From positions 372,001 through 436,000 of the forward strand of contig JAIVFI010000037.1 in NCBI GenBank assembly GCA_025558095.1: a stretch of DNA of 64,000 nt, in the 5' to 3' direction. Shown here piece after piece: positions 33,875 to 45,146 of the stretch (positions are counted from its first letter, which is position 1; each line of letters begins with the position of its first letter). The notes beneath the pieces were generated by a model. That model was not told the DNA's origin. It was given only the letters and a program-made list of their open reading frames with translations, and searched no databases. The DNA comes from Hyaloraphidium curvatum SAG 235-1 (lineage: Eukaryota; Fungi; Monoblepharomycota). The position numbers and the translations under genes were made by a program.

Positions 33875-35817
33875 CGCGTGCAGCGTGAAGTGTTTGCGGC
33901 GGAGCTGCGTGCGAATCGCGTGTGCCACCGTTCACCTCTCGCGATGTTCCCGCCGCCCGAGTCGCTGGAGCAAATGGAGGACGCCGCGTTTAATGCCGCT
34001 CCGAAACGGTCGTGGGACGGGACCGCCCTGCCCCGGTCGCGCAAAGTCGAGGATTATGCCGAGGACGAACTCCTCGCTCTGTTCCCGTTCCCGCCGGCCA
34101 ACCCGCGGTCGCCCGACCCCGCCGCGGCGGCGCGCGCCGCCGACCCGCTGGACGGCCCGAAGCTGCTCGCCGGGCTCAGCGACGGGCTGCTGCGCGCGGT
34201 GACGGCGCCGGAGGTGTGGTGGCCGGTGCCGCGCTCCGTCGAGTGGGGCGCGGGGGCGCTGCAGTTCCTGTGCATGGCGGTGCTGTACCCGACGGCTGGC
34301 GTGCTGCTCAACGACGGGTACTTTGAGACGCCGCAGCTGGCTGCGGGGATCGTCGCCATGACGGTCGGGTCCTTGTATGAGACCTCGCGCCTGACGTCCC
34401 TCACGGTGGCCTTCCGCCGGATCGAAAAGAAAGACAGGTCGCTTGATCCGTACTCCATCGGCTGGAACTCTCTCGGGATTATGGTTCGGCGCCAGCGGCT
34501 GATTGCGGCCCGCGAGGACGGTGGCCCACGGAGCCCCCTCGTCGAGCACAGGGACGAGGATGGCCCTCTTTGCACTTGTCCCCTACCGCGTTGCTCGGGC
34601 TCCATACCCAGGGCTGCGGCTTGGACCCGGCTATTCGTGACCCCCGCGTACAGCCTTGTTTTCTTTTTCCTGGCCGTAATTATGGACAACTGGACGCTCC
34701 TCGTTACCTGGGCCCCGCGGATTTGGGCACACTGGTGGTCAACCATGCTGATGGCGCTGCTCCTTGCTGGAGGAGCCTTTCTCAACTTTGTGGCGGCCTT
34801 GTTCTATCAGAACTATATCGGACCGCAGAACTACAGCAACGAGGTGTTGCGCAGGATGCGGAGGCGCGCGCTGGCGGACGCACTGGAATCTCTGCTTGCG
34901 CGTGCAGCGGCAGCCATCAAGCTTGCTGCAGAGGGCGTTTTGCCATCGGACCTGGACCCGGCTGAAGAGGAGGGCTATGTGTGGCTGCACGCGCGGTTCG
35001 CGGAAGCGTGGAACTCCGCAGCACACACTTCCTGGTATTCCACGTTCGTTGTACCCCTGGCCATCTGTTCGTTCTGCGCAGCCGTCGTCAACATGGTGGG
35101 TCGGTGCCCGGGTCGCCCATCTCCGCCGCTCATCCGCGCACACCAGATCGCCGGCTCTTGCATCACCGGCCTGGCCTTTTCCACCGCCCTCATCGCCGTC
35201 CTCATTTCCGCGGTGGCGCTCAACAACGCTGCCTCCGTGAACCGCCGCCTCTTCGACGCCAAGGCGCTGTACCTCTCTTCCCGCCAGAAGCTGCGGTTCC
35301 TCGCCGCGCGGTGCATCCCCACGCGCCCTTCCGACCCCCGGTGGTCCGTCGCGGAATACCTCCGCGCGCACGACGCCGCGCTGAGCGGGTGCATCGCCGA
35401 GGCCGAGGCGGGGGGCGCGAGGCTGCTGGGGTTCGCGGTGGGGGAGGGCACGGTGAGGGCGGTGATCGTCACGACGGTGACGCTCGCGGTGGGGCTGTGG
35501 AGCGTGCTGAGGGGCTTGGGGATCAGGGCGACGCTCGATTTCGCCTGTCCGGCGGTACAGTGAGGACGATTTCTTGGAGCAGACCCTCAGGTGGTGTCGG
35601 TTTGTCGGCTCTTTTCTGGGCCTTGGATGTATCTGCTGCCAAATGTTGGGCGGAAGACGCGCTTTCTGCTTCTCTGCATTTGCTGCCTCGACGGCGTGGT
35701 CCGCTCCGGGGGTCTGACTGTGTGTGCGGCGCATGCCGGAGGCGGCTGCGAAACGCGTCGTCGCCCCTTATTCACCTCCTTCTCCCACGCGATGTTCCCG
35801 GCGCCCGAGTCGCTCGA
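33786..35817. repeat. Diverged ~185-bp direct repeat (33786-33969 and 35631-35817) flanking the 7TM gene
   Basis: Shared ATCTGCYGCCAAAT..GGGCGGRAGACGCG, TCCGGGGGTCT, TTCACCTC and CGCGATGTTCCCGSCGCCCGAGTCGCTSGA. Confidence 0.85.
33944..35563 (+). CDS. GRL/DUF3537-like 7TM protein, intact, with one in-frame 51-nt intron (35096-35146)
   Basis: Seven hydrophobic segments; TM6 ends in AASVN, followed by RLLGFAVG..TVR...GLWSVL. The CDS is secure; the family assignment is inference. Confidence 0.75.
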   Translation: MFPPPESLEQMEDAAFNAAPKRSWDGTALPRSRKVEDYAEDELLALFPFPPANPRSPDPAAAARAADPLDGPKLLAGLSDGLLRAVTAPEVWWPVPRSVEWGAGALQFLCMAVLYPTAGVLLNDGYFETPQLAAGIVAMTVGSLYETSRLTSLTVAFRRIEKKDRSLDPYSIGWNSLGIMVRRQRLIAAREDGGPRSPLVEHRDEDGPLCTCPLPRCSGSIPRAAAWTRLFVTPAYSLVFFFLAVIMDNWTLLVTWAPRIWAHWWSTMLMALLLAGGAFLNFVAALFYQNYIGPQNYSNEVLRRMRRRALADALESLLARAAAAIKLAAEGVLPSDLDPAEEEGYVWLHARFAEAWNSAAHTSWYSTFVVPLAICSFCAAVVNMVGRCPGRPSPPLIRAHQIAGSCITGLAFSTALIAVLISAVALNNAASVNRRLFDAKALYLSSRQKLRFLAARCIPTRPSDPRWSVAEYLRAHDAALSGCIAEAEAGGARLLGFAVGEGTVRAVIVTTVTLAVGLWSVLRGLGIRATLDFACPAVQ

Positions 35818-38800
35818 CCCCGCGGCGGCGCTGGGCGCGCTCTCGGCGGCGCTGTCGGCGGTGTCCGCGGGCGGCGGCGGGTCTGCGGGCGGCGGCGGGT
35901 TCGTCAGCGCGCGGTCGCTCGCGGCGGCGCGGTCGGGCGCGGACGCAAAGGGCGCGGCGTCGGCCGACGCGCAGGCGTTCCTCTTCGCGTGCCAGGCGCA
36001 GAAGTGGATGTGGGGCGTCGCCGCGCGGGGGCTGCTCGCGTTCGCGGACGCGGCTTCGCACTCGGCCCCGGGCGCGGCAGACGAGGCGCTGGCGTTCTAC
36101 CTCGCGGGGGCCCTGGCATTCCGGATGCGGAACAACGCCCCCGATCTGATGGCAGACAGCGACGCGGACGCCGATTTGGAGGGGCTGTCGGGCGACGGCT
36201 GGGCCGTGGTGCGGGACGCGGCAGGGACCGCCACCAGGCTGTGGGGGCCGTCGAAGGTCGTGGCGCGGAAGCTGATTCTCGGCGTGGGTGGCACCTGGTT
36301 CTCACGATTTGCATGCTCTGACTGCCGGTCGATCCCGCCACTTGGATGCCGGAAACAGCTCATTGCCCTGCTCCACCACCCGTCGCTCCCGAACGACCCG
36401 CCGCCGCTACAGCTGCTCCTCTCGCTCGTGCTCGCGCGGTCGGCGGACGCCCCACTCGGGCCGATACCCGCGTTCGAATCGCTGCCGCCCGAGCTGCAGT
36501 CGCTGTGCCTCGAGACCCTCCGGCTCACGGGCGAGCACCTCGCCGCTGACGCCGTCCACCCCTCCAAGAAACCCTCCTCGGAGCACCTCTCGGCCGCCGT
36601 TTCCCTCCTTGCCTCGGCGCTCGCCTCCCCCGCCACCCGCATCCCCGCGCTGGACGCCCTCTCGGCATTCCTCGGCTCCTCCTCCCTCATCCGCGACGCC
36701 GGCAGCGACGGCCCCCCGCTGATCGCCTCCTCCGACGCTGCCGCCCTCTTCCCCCGCCTCCTCGCCCTCCTCGCCGACCCCTCCCTGGACGAAGACGCCG
36801 AGCAGCGCGCCGCGGACCTCGCCGACGCCCTCTGCGTCCGCGTCCCCGCTTCGTCCGCCCTCCCCCTCGCCGCCTCCCTCGCACCCTCCATCGCCGCCGC
36901 CTCGTCCGCCCGCGGCGGCTTCCCACACGCCGTCGGCGCGCTCTTCTCCGCGCTCGCCCGGTTCCCGGACCGCACACTGGCCGCGCTCTCCCGCGCAGAC
37001 GCCGAGGGCGACGGCGTGCGGTGGATCCTCTCTGCGGCATGCGACCTCCTCGGGCGCACCGTCGAGGCCGGAATCACGGAGGAAGAGGCCGAGGAGGGCG
37101 ACCCGAGCACGCTGCCGGCGCCCATGTTCCAGGACCTGCTGGAGCACCTCGCCGGCCTGGAGGCCGGGGACCCGGCGGTGCAGGCGTTCGCGCCCGTGGC
37201 GGCGGTGCTGGTGGAAAGGGCGATGGCGAGGGGGATGTGCCCCGAGGGGTGGAAGAAGTGGAACGGAGGTGCGCCGCCGCGGTGCGCCGCCGGTTCCTCC
37301 GATTGCTGAACCGGAACGTCCCGCTCGGCCCACAGAAAAGAAGCGCCATCACATCTCCAACCTCCGCCCCGCGCTCACCGACATCCTCTGCGCCCTGCCC
37401 CCCGCCTACTCCACCTCGTACCTCCTCCCATCCGCCCTCGCCGCCCTCCGCGCCGGCCGCGCCGGCATGGCCGCCGGCGATCCCTCCGCCTGGCGCACCT
37501 TCGAATGCGGCGCCTGGGTCCTCGGACACTGCGCCGAGTCGCTCCCCGTCGCCCCCGAGACCTCGCGCGCGGCGGCGGAGGCGCTGGCGATCGTCTCCGA
37601 AGCATGCGCGGGGATGCTGGCCGCCGTGCGGGCCGAGGGGAGGATGGGGCAGGAAGCCCACCGCGCGGTGCAGAGCGCGCTGGATGCTTGCGGGTATCTT
37701 GCGGAAAGGGAGGGGCTGCTGGACGCGCAAGGGGTGGCGGGGGCGGCCGGCACGGCGGCGGGGGCGCTCGGGTTCCCGGCCGTTGCGACGAGGGCGGCGG
37801 AGAGGTTCCGCGCGGTGTGCTTGGCGCCGGGGGCGGACGCGCTGGTGCCGCTGCTGCCCGCGCTGGCGGAGGCGGTGCGCGCTGCCGGGCTCGGGGGGAG
37901 GGAGCTGGGGATGGCGGCCGAGGGGCTGGCGGGGGTCGTCGCGCGGGATGCGTCGGGGGCGCCGGGGGTCGTGAGGGCGGTGCTGGAGATGCTGCTGCAA
38001 CGGGTGGTCGGCGGGGCGGCGAACGCGGCGGCGGGGCAGGGGTACGAGGGGCTGAGGGAGGGGTTGGGGCAGCTGGCGGGGTTCCTGAGGGGTTTGGGGA
38101 CTGCGGAAAGTGGGGCGGTCGAGGTGGACCTGACGGGGGACGACGACGGGGTGCCGGAACCCTCGAGGCGGTTCGTCAGGAACGCGGCGGAGCATGGGAA
38201 TGGGGGCGAGGCGATGGCAAAGGCCAAGACGGATCCGGCGACGCGGGTGCTGGTGGACGGCACGTGGGTCGCCATGGAAAAGGTCGGCGAGCTGGTGCAC
38301 GGGTTCGGGAAAGTGGGGCGGGAGGAAGAAGAGGTGCTTGAGGTGGGCTCTACGTAATCCGAAGTTGGGTTACGGGCGCTGATTGGCCTCATCGTCGGGC
38401 AGTCGCTCTGCGGGCTTCTCCTCGTGCTCCTGCGCCACTCGTCGCCCGCTCTGCCGCTCTCCGTCAGCCACAGGGAGCAGCTGGCACTGCTCATCATCCG
38501 CATGCTCTCGTCCTTCCCTTCCGTCTCCAAGGTCTACGAGGTTGCCGCCGCGTGGATCACCCACCGGCCGCCGGCCGAGCTCCTCCCGCAGAGCGAGGCC
38601 CGCGACACCCTGGACGTCGTCGCGACCGCCACCGCCTCGGCCACGCGCGTGCTCACCTCCGACGACGGCATCCGGCACAACCCGGACGTGATCCAGGCCT
38701 TCTTTTCCCTCCTCTCGCGCTGCCTGCCGGACCCGACCTCGCAGGCCGCCCTGGCGGGCATGCCGGGCAACCTCCTCGACCCGCTCTTCCTCCGCCTGAT

Positions 38801-39236
38801 CCCCTTGGCCATGGGCTCGGACGACAAGCTGGCCATGCGGAGCACCGCCGGGTTCCTGGTCGAGTTCGTCGGCCGCGGCCGGGCGGAGCCGGGGCAGGCC
38901 GCGGGCGCCTTTGTCGACGCCGTGGTGGCCCGCCTGGGGGAGGCCACGATCGCCGAGCTCATGGTGCTCATCAGCGGGCGCGCGCCGAGGAGCCTGGTGC
39001 AGCAGCTGACGGACCTGCTGCTCGCGTTCTGGGCAAAGTACCCGACGGAGACGCGGGCCGTGGTGGCACAGTGGCTCGAGAGGTACGCCGGCACGAGGGT
39101 CGGGGACGCGGACAAGAGGGTGTTGCTGAAGAAGCTGTCGGAAAGCACGAAGCATCCGAAGCGGTTCCGCGAGGCGGCAAAGGAGTGGAGCAGCAAGTGT
39201 CGGGGCTTGGTTGGGACGGCGTTCGGCGATCTCTAG
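35792..39236 (+). CDS. Importin-13/Kap122/transportin-SR-like karyopherin (HEAT/ARM repeats), multi-exon
   Basis: Helical Ala/Leu-rich repeats; NPDVIQAFF.LL, GRAPRSL, KRFRE..KEWSSKCRGL.GT.F C-terminus. Confidence 0.72.
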
Positions 39237-39436
39237 CACCGCCACGACTGGAAGATATCCACGAGAATCTAGAATCTAATACCAGCAATATACCAAATCA
39301 AATTTGTTGCTTGCATTGTAGTACTTTGAAGGCTGCAGTGTGATGTGTCGATCGGTGTGTCAAGCGCCGCGTCATCGTTCGGTGCATTGCGCGACTCTCT
39401 CGACTCTCGCGTGGCCTCTTGCTTCTCGACACGACG

Positions 39437-40846
39437 ATGACCGACTCAAATCTCCGCCGCAACCTCCCGAACGTCGCGCCCCTCGTGCTCGAATACTTGA
39501 AGGCTTCCCTGGCGGGCACGCTGCACCTCATCCCGGAAAAGGACAGGAAGCTGATCGAGCAGCTCGCGGAGCCGACGGTGAAGGCACTGCTCGAGGACGT
39601 GCAGCAAGCGGAACGACGTGAGGAGCCGGAGACGAAGAGCCGGACGGGGGACCAGGGTTCGTCGGGTCGCACTCGCCCGACCAGGAGGCGGACCTCCGCG
39701 GGCTCCTCCGGCCATTCTTGGACGTCCACCGCGACCTCGCTGCCTAGTTCCGCTCCTTCTGCACGCTCTCCGTCTCCGACGACCTACAAACACCCTCTTC
39801 CCGAAGCTCTGCCGGTGCCCGAACCTCCCAGGCCGCCCCGGAGGCGTCCTCGCGATTCGGACTCGGACGACGAGGAATGGACGCCACGCACAACTTCGTA
39901 TGCACGGAGAGGGTCATCGAGCAGGTCTACCGCATGGGCATCGCGGGGATAGTCGGTCCTGGAACTGCCCGTGACGCCCGCGCGCATGCCGAGGTCGAAG
40001 AGAGCCACGACGGTTCTGCCGGACTTGAAGCTGCCGATCGACACTCAGGATGCGCCCTCGATGCCGTCGGACAAAGGAACGACTGATGACTACCGCTTCA
40101 GCCCGATCAAGCCCGAGCAGATGCAGTCGGAGCGGTCGAGCCTCCAGCAAGAGCAGCGTGCGAAGCTCATGATTCGCCTCCCGGCGACCGCACCGATGGC
40201 ACCGACAGAACCCAGTTTGCCTCTCTCTTCGTCTGCGGGCCCTTCCACGCTCCTCCGCGCCGTGCTCGTGCCGTTCTTCACGCGTGCTCCCGCTGCCCCG
40301 CTCTCCGTCGCCCGCTCGCTCGCCAAGCTGGACGATGCGGAGCCCTTCTACCGCCCCATTGTAGACTATGCTGTCGATTGGAACGTCGCCAAGGGACGAG
40401 GCAAGACGCGGAAAATCCCGCCCGCGGCGCAGAAGGAGTTTGTTGCATTACTCCGTGAGAGCGCCGACTTCTCCGAGCTGTGGGCGTTCACTCCGGACGA
40501 GAGACCGAGGGTGCGGAAGCTCACCGAAGCTCAGATGGCAAAGAAGCCTGCACAAGACGTCTCGACTGACAAGAGCAGTGGCGATCAGCAGCCGTTGAGG
40601 TTCGGTGGCGCAGTCGACCCGAATCTCCCGGCGACGCAGAGGGAGCGATCGGAAGCGCCTGAAGTCCTTCTCGAGCTCGAAAGTGGTGCCGGAGAGCAGG
40701 GGATCATCATCGATACTCAGGCTTCCCTGGATGCGGATGACGACGCCGAGCTTGAAGCCGAAGGCGTGGGAAGCGACGATCACCAGGCCGGCGCGATCGA
40801 CAGCATCATGGCCGAGTACGCGGGCCTGGAAGAGGACTTCGAGTGA
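39437..40846 (+). pseudogene. Uncharacterised family X member with in-frame TAG at 39950
   Basis: ORFs 39419-39952 and 39971-40846 share a frame; IVDYAVDWN...KIPPAAQKEFVALL matches the 52159 and 63810 genes. Confidence 0.55.
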
Positions 40847-41027
40847 CGCACCTCGCGTTGATCTTGCATGAATTTTGGCCATCGTTTCGGACGCGGTTCG
40901 AAATGAGACACAGGCATACTACATTCTCCCAGTGGTATCGATTACAAGACTGTTCAATCTATATCTCAACCCCCCTCGTCCCGCAACGTCCATGAAGAAA
41001 GCGATTGTCCGTAGGCAGCTCAACAAC

Positions 41028-42339
41028 TCAAAGGTTGCCAAGCACTTTTTTGATCTCGTCCTTCTTACTGCTGGGGATGGTCTTAGGCCACTTGACGTTG
41101 ATCTTTATCCTCAGGTTGCCCTTCTGCCCGGGCGATTTGCTGATGGGCATGCCCTCGCCCCGCATCGTGATCAGCTTCCCCGGTTCCGTGGGGTCAGGCT
41201 GCGTCAGTCGCAGCTTTCGCCCGTCCAGGGTCTGAATGTCCCGGGTGAACCCGCACAGAGCTTCCCAGAGCTCGACGTTGACGGTCATGACGAGGTCGTC
41301 GCCCTCACGAGTGAAGACGTCGTTGGGCTTCTGCTCGATCACAAAGACAATGTCCTGGGCAGGTTGGCTCGGGTCGAGGTCGTCCCCTTCGCCCGGGAAG
41401 GTGATTTTGGTGCCCGGTTTCCTGGAGGAAAGAAATTAGCACCAGAGATGTACCTTCGGTCCACTGCGACCTACCATCCCGGTTTGACGTCGATCGTCAC
41501 GATCTTTTCCGTTTGTGTAGGCTTGCCGGTGGCATCCAAGACCTTCCTCGTGATCTTGAGCTTCTTAGTGACCCCCTTGTACAGGTCTTCGAGGGCAACG
41601 GGCACGGCTTTGACAACTTGGGGCCTGGAAAGCGGATCAGTTCCGCGGACGTGGTCGAAACCATCATCTTCCACCCACTCGGCGCTCCTCGACCGCGGCA
41701 TGCCTCCAAATGAGGAAAATCCGCCCGGCATTCCGCCGCTCCGGCCTCTTCGCCCGCCGCCAAACCCGCCGAGGAGGTCGTCCTCGTCCAGGTCCATGGG
41801 CGTGCCGCCCATGCCGCCGCCCATGCCTCCCATCCCACCGCCGAATCCGCCTCCTCCGAACGGCGAACGGCCTCCGAACATGGCCTCGAATATCTTCTGC
41901 GCGTCCGTCGGCGTGAAACCCCCGCCGCGACCCCCGCCGCGGCCGCCAGGGCCGCCCGTCGTGAAGGTGAAGGAGCCTCCGGGGAACCCGCCCGGGAATC
42001 CGCCCGGGAAACCGCCGGGCCCGCCGGGTCCGCCGGCACCATCTGGCGGGACGCCACGAAGTCCCTCCTCGCCGTATTGGTCGTAGATGGCGCGCTTGTT
42101 GGGATCAGAGAGGACTTCAACGGCCTGCCATCGGCAATCCGTGGTCAGATGCTGCTCCGGACGGCGCGGAAAGAAGCACCCACCTCTCCTAGTTCTTTGA
42201 ACTTCTTCTCTGCCTGCTCTTTGTCCTTCGGATTGCGGTCCGGGTGGAACTTGAGGGCGAGCTTCTTGTACGCCTTCTTGATATCGTCGTCCGTGGCATC
42301 TTTCGCCACGCCGAGGATGGCATAGTAGTCCTTCCCCAT
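41028..42339 (-). CDS. SIS1: Type II Hsp40 co-chaperone (Sis1/DNAJB-like), two introns
   Basis: MGKDYY J-domain with HPD, G/F-rich linker, [22 protein letters not shown]|[16 protein letters not shown]. Confidence 0.93.
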
Positions 42340-42762
42340 TGCAGAGCTGTTTTCCGCTCGATTAAGATTCTCCGGTACGTTTCACCGGCGTGTGTGTGAG
42401 GGGGAACGCGTGCGGCGGTTCGGTTGAAGGGCGTTTACGGGACCCGGCGGAGCCGAAGCTTCTCGATCAGTCTCGAACGCCTCGAATACCACACGATTTG
42501 GCGGCCGGACGGCGACGAAAATAATGCCCCGACAACGACTACATGCTCTAGATTGCCGTCCCGTCGTTGATGGCCCTTTGGAGGCGGGATTTGGGCGGAC
42601 GTGGCCAGCGATCACCGGCTCGAAGCACCACGAGCGAGAAGGCGGGCAAGCGGGCTTGCTTCCATTGAAATATGACACAGACACAGACATGCGGGCACCA
42701 TTAGTAGCTTGCGCTCAACATGAGCGACCTCCCTCGACCATCCGGGGATCAAAGCCGCCAAT

Positions 42763-43636
42763 TCAAGCGATGCTGATCAAGTCAATGACCAGGAACCCCG
42801 AGTGGGAGTACCCAGGTTGGCCGACCTTCTTGGTATCGATGAGCGTGTGCTTTGGAGAGTTTCTGAGCTTCGATTGGAGAAGCTGGTCAAGGGAGAGAGT
42901 AGCGAATCCTGGTCAAGAGGTCAGGACGCCGACACAACAGCCGCTCAGCCCCGCGGAAGCCCACCGACGTAGTCGTCCGTGTTGGTTGTGTCCTTGCAAA
43001 AGCCAAATGAGGTGGGAACGGTCATTGGTACCAGAATCGAGCCCACCTTGTCCTTGACGGTCCAAAGGAGGGGCAAGCTGGTGTCCCCTCCGCAAAGGTC
43101 CTCAAGGTTCACTGCAAACGGCTCCCACACGGGGTTGACTGTCTCAGGCTTCACCGCCGTCTTATAGATCTCGAATAGAGGTCCGTTGAGCTCATTCCGG
43201 TTCCGTGGCCGCTGCGACACAAGGACGTCAGAAACAGACGCCCAGAGTTCTCTCCAGCTCCGGTACGAACAGAGAGAGTAAGGTACGGGTCACTGGCAGA
43301 GGTTCAGCCGATGTTGGAGAAGTCCAGAGTCGAAGATCCCAACAAAGTAGCAGGAATCCAGCAACGATGAGCAGGGATCCCGTTACGAGTCGGTGGTTGA
43401 GCCAACATCGCGTCCGACCGGCAAATACCCCACCATTTCCTTCGAGCATTGAAATGGCCGAGGGCAAAGGAAGGCAAGACCGCGATGGACACGCCAGTGC
43501 GGCCCGGGCGGACGAGGAGCGGAGGTTCCGTCCGTGAGCCCCGGGCCACATCGCAAGAGCCGACGGCCTCCAATCACCCGTTCGTGTCCGTCGAGATGAG
43601 CATTTCCGCGTGGAATTGGAAAGTAAGCCTCGGCAT
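42763..43636 (-). CDS. Small copine-like C2-domain protein, multi-exon
   Basis: LTFQFHAEMLISTDTNG, YKTAVKPETVNPVWEPFAVNLEDLCGGD, DDYVG, HSGFLVI; exon chain only partly resolved. Confidence 0.65.
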
Positions 43637-43784
43637 CTCCGCGGGACGTGTGACTCGGCCGGGATGTGTCCGTCGGGATGGCGGGGGCTGCGGCCTCTCC
43701 GGCTCGGTTCGGACCTCAGGGTCCATCGATTCGCCCCACAAGACGACATCCATCAGGTATCGAGCACCACGATCAGCTCCGCGT

Positions 43785-44599
43785 CTAGTTCGCTTTCGGC
43801 CCCGTCGGCCCGTCCGGGTCCGCCGGGGACAGGATGAGGATCTCCGCCGGCTTCCCGAGGAGGTCCTTGTTCTTGGCCCTCGCTGAAGCAGCACGCGCAC
43901 GCAAAAGAGAGCACGGCGAGAAGGAGAGTCCCGTTGAGCATCCGTGCTGGCCCCGCGGAACGGCCCGCGACAATCACCTTGCGCCACCGGCTCCCCGCTC
44001 CCGTGCGTCCGCAGATCCTCCATCGATGCCCACTGCGAAGCCCGTCAGACTCCCTTTCAACACAATGAACACCAAATGAGCTCACCGTCTCGATCATGAC
44101 AAGGGAGCCGTCGGCCGTCTTGTTCAGGTGGTACTCAATGCACTGTATGAGGTCCAGATCGCACGTTGAAGAGGCCGCCGTCGGAGATTGGCATCGTGAT
44201 TTGGGAAGACAAGTCGCAGGGGCAATCGAGGGTCCGACAAGGCATACGGTGCCAAGGGAAGCAAAAGGGGAGGCACGTTGGCTATCAGGGTGAGAACGTT
44301 CCTCGCCAGCACGACGAGACTGACCCCTTTCTCGGCCCAGATCAACGGCATGACATCTGCGCGAAGCGATTGGGAGTCAAGTTCAAGCCCTCCGTGCATG
44401 TGCTGCAACTCCGGCGCCGGACCGCCGAAATGCCGCCCAACGCACCGAGGTAGTTCTTCGCGACCTCATCGAGCTGGCATCGGCGGGAATGATTCCGAGG
44501 ACAGAAATGTCTCAGCGTTCCGAGCTTCGAGGGTTGAAGCGGGCCCGGACGCACCTTCCCGTCTTTGGGGTGAATGATAGCGACGACTCGGACGACCAT
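43785..44599 (-). CDS. ABM (antibiotic biosynthesis monooxygenase-like) protein with many micro-exons
   Basis: MVVRVVAIIHPKDGK|LDEV...EKG|CIEYHL...LVMIET...DLLGKPAEILIL. Confidence 0.6.
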
Positions 44600-45146
44600 T
44601 CTGCTCGCTCGAGTCGCTCCAAGAGAACAGAGAGAAGGTGGGAGATTATAGGCGAGGAGCTCGTCGGAATGCCCGGCCGGTCCGGAAAGAATCAGTGGTG
44701 CTGGGCTGCCGCGCGTTTCGTGGGAGGCACGTCGGGACCGTCGGACCGACGCGGCCGACCCGCGCTGGCGGTTTTCCCTCCATCTCAGACTTGCGAACGC
44801 CACACTTCTCTCCAAATGCCGATCAATGGTCAGCTAATCCTCTTCGTAAGGTTCCCTTCCAAAGTTGGATCCAATCCGGACGTGGGAAGACGGCGAGGTC
44901 CGCTGCAGTGGTGAATCTGCGAACTGATTGGTTTCGCCGATCGACCGCCGTCTGGCCGGCAAAGTGCCCATAGAGAAGATGAAATGATGCGGAGATTGAT
45001 TTCCCGACCTGCTTTTACCCTCTGTCCAGCTTGGTCGGGTTTTCCGATCTGCACCGGGGAGCGCGTCTTCCGTGGGTCCAGCAGAGCTCCCGCTCTCGCG
45101 CCCACGAATCGCCATCCTAGGCGCGACAAAGGCACATCGCGACTCC

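Noticed and set aside
4660-39952. Stop-codon reassignment suggested by in-frame TAGs at 4660 and 39950
   Set aside because: TAG terminates well-supported genes (importin, Dabb), and other internal stops are TAA and TGA, so there is no consistent recoding.
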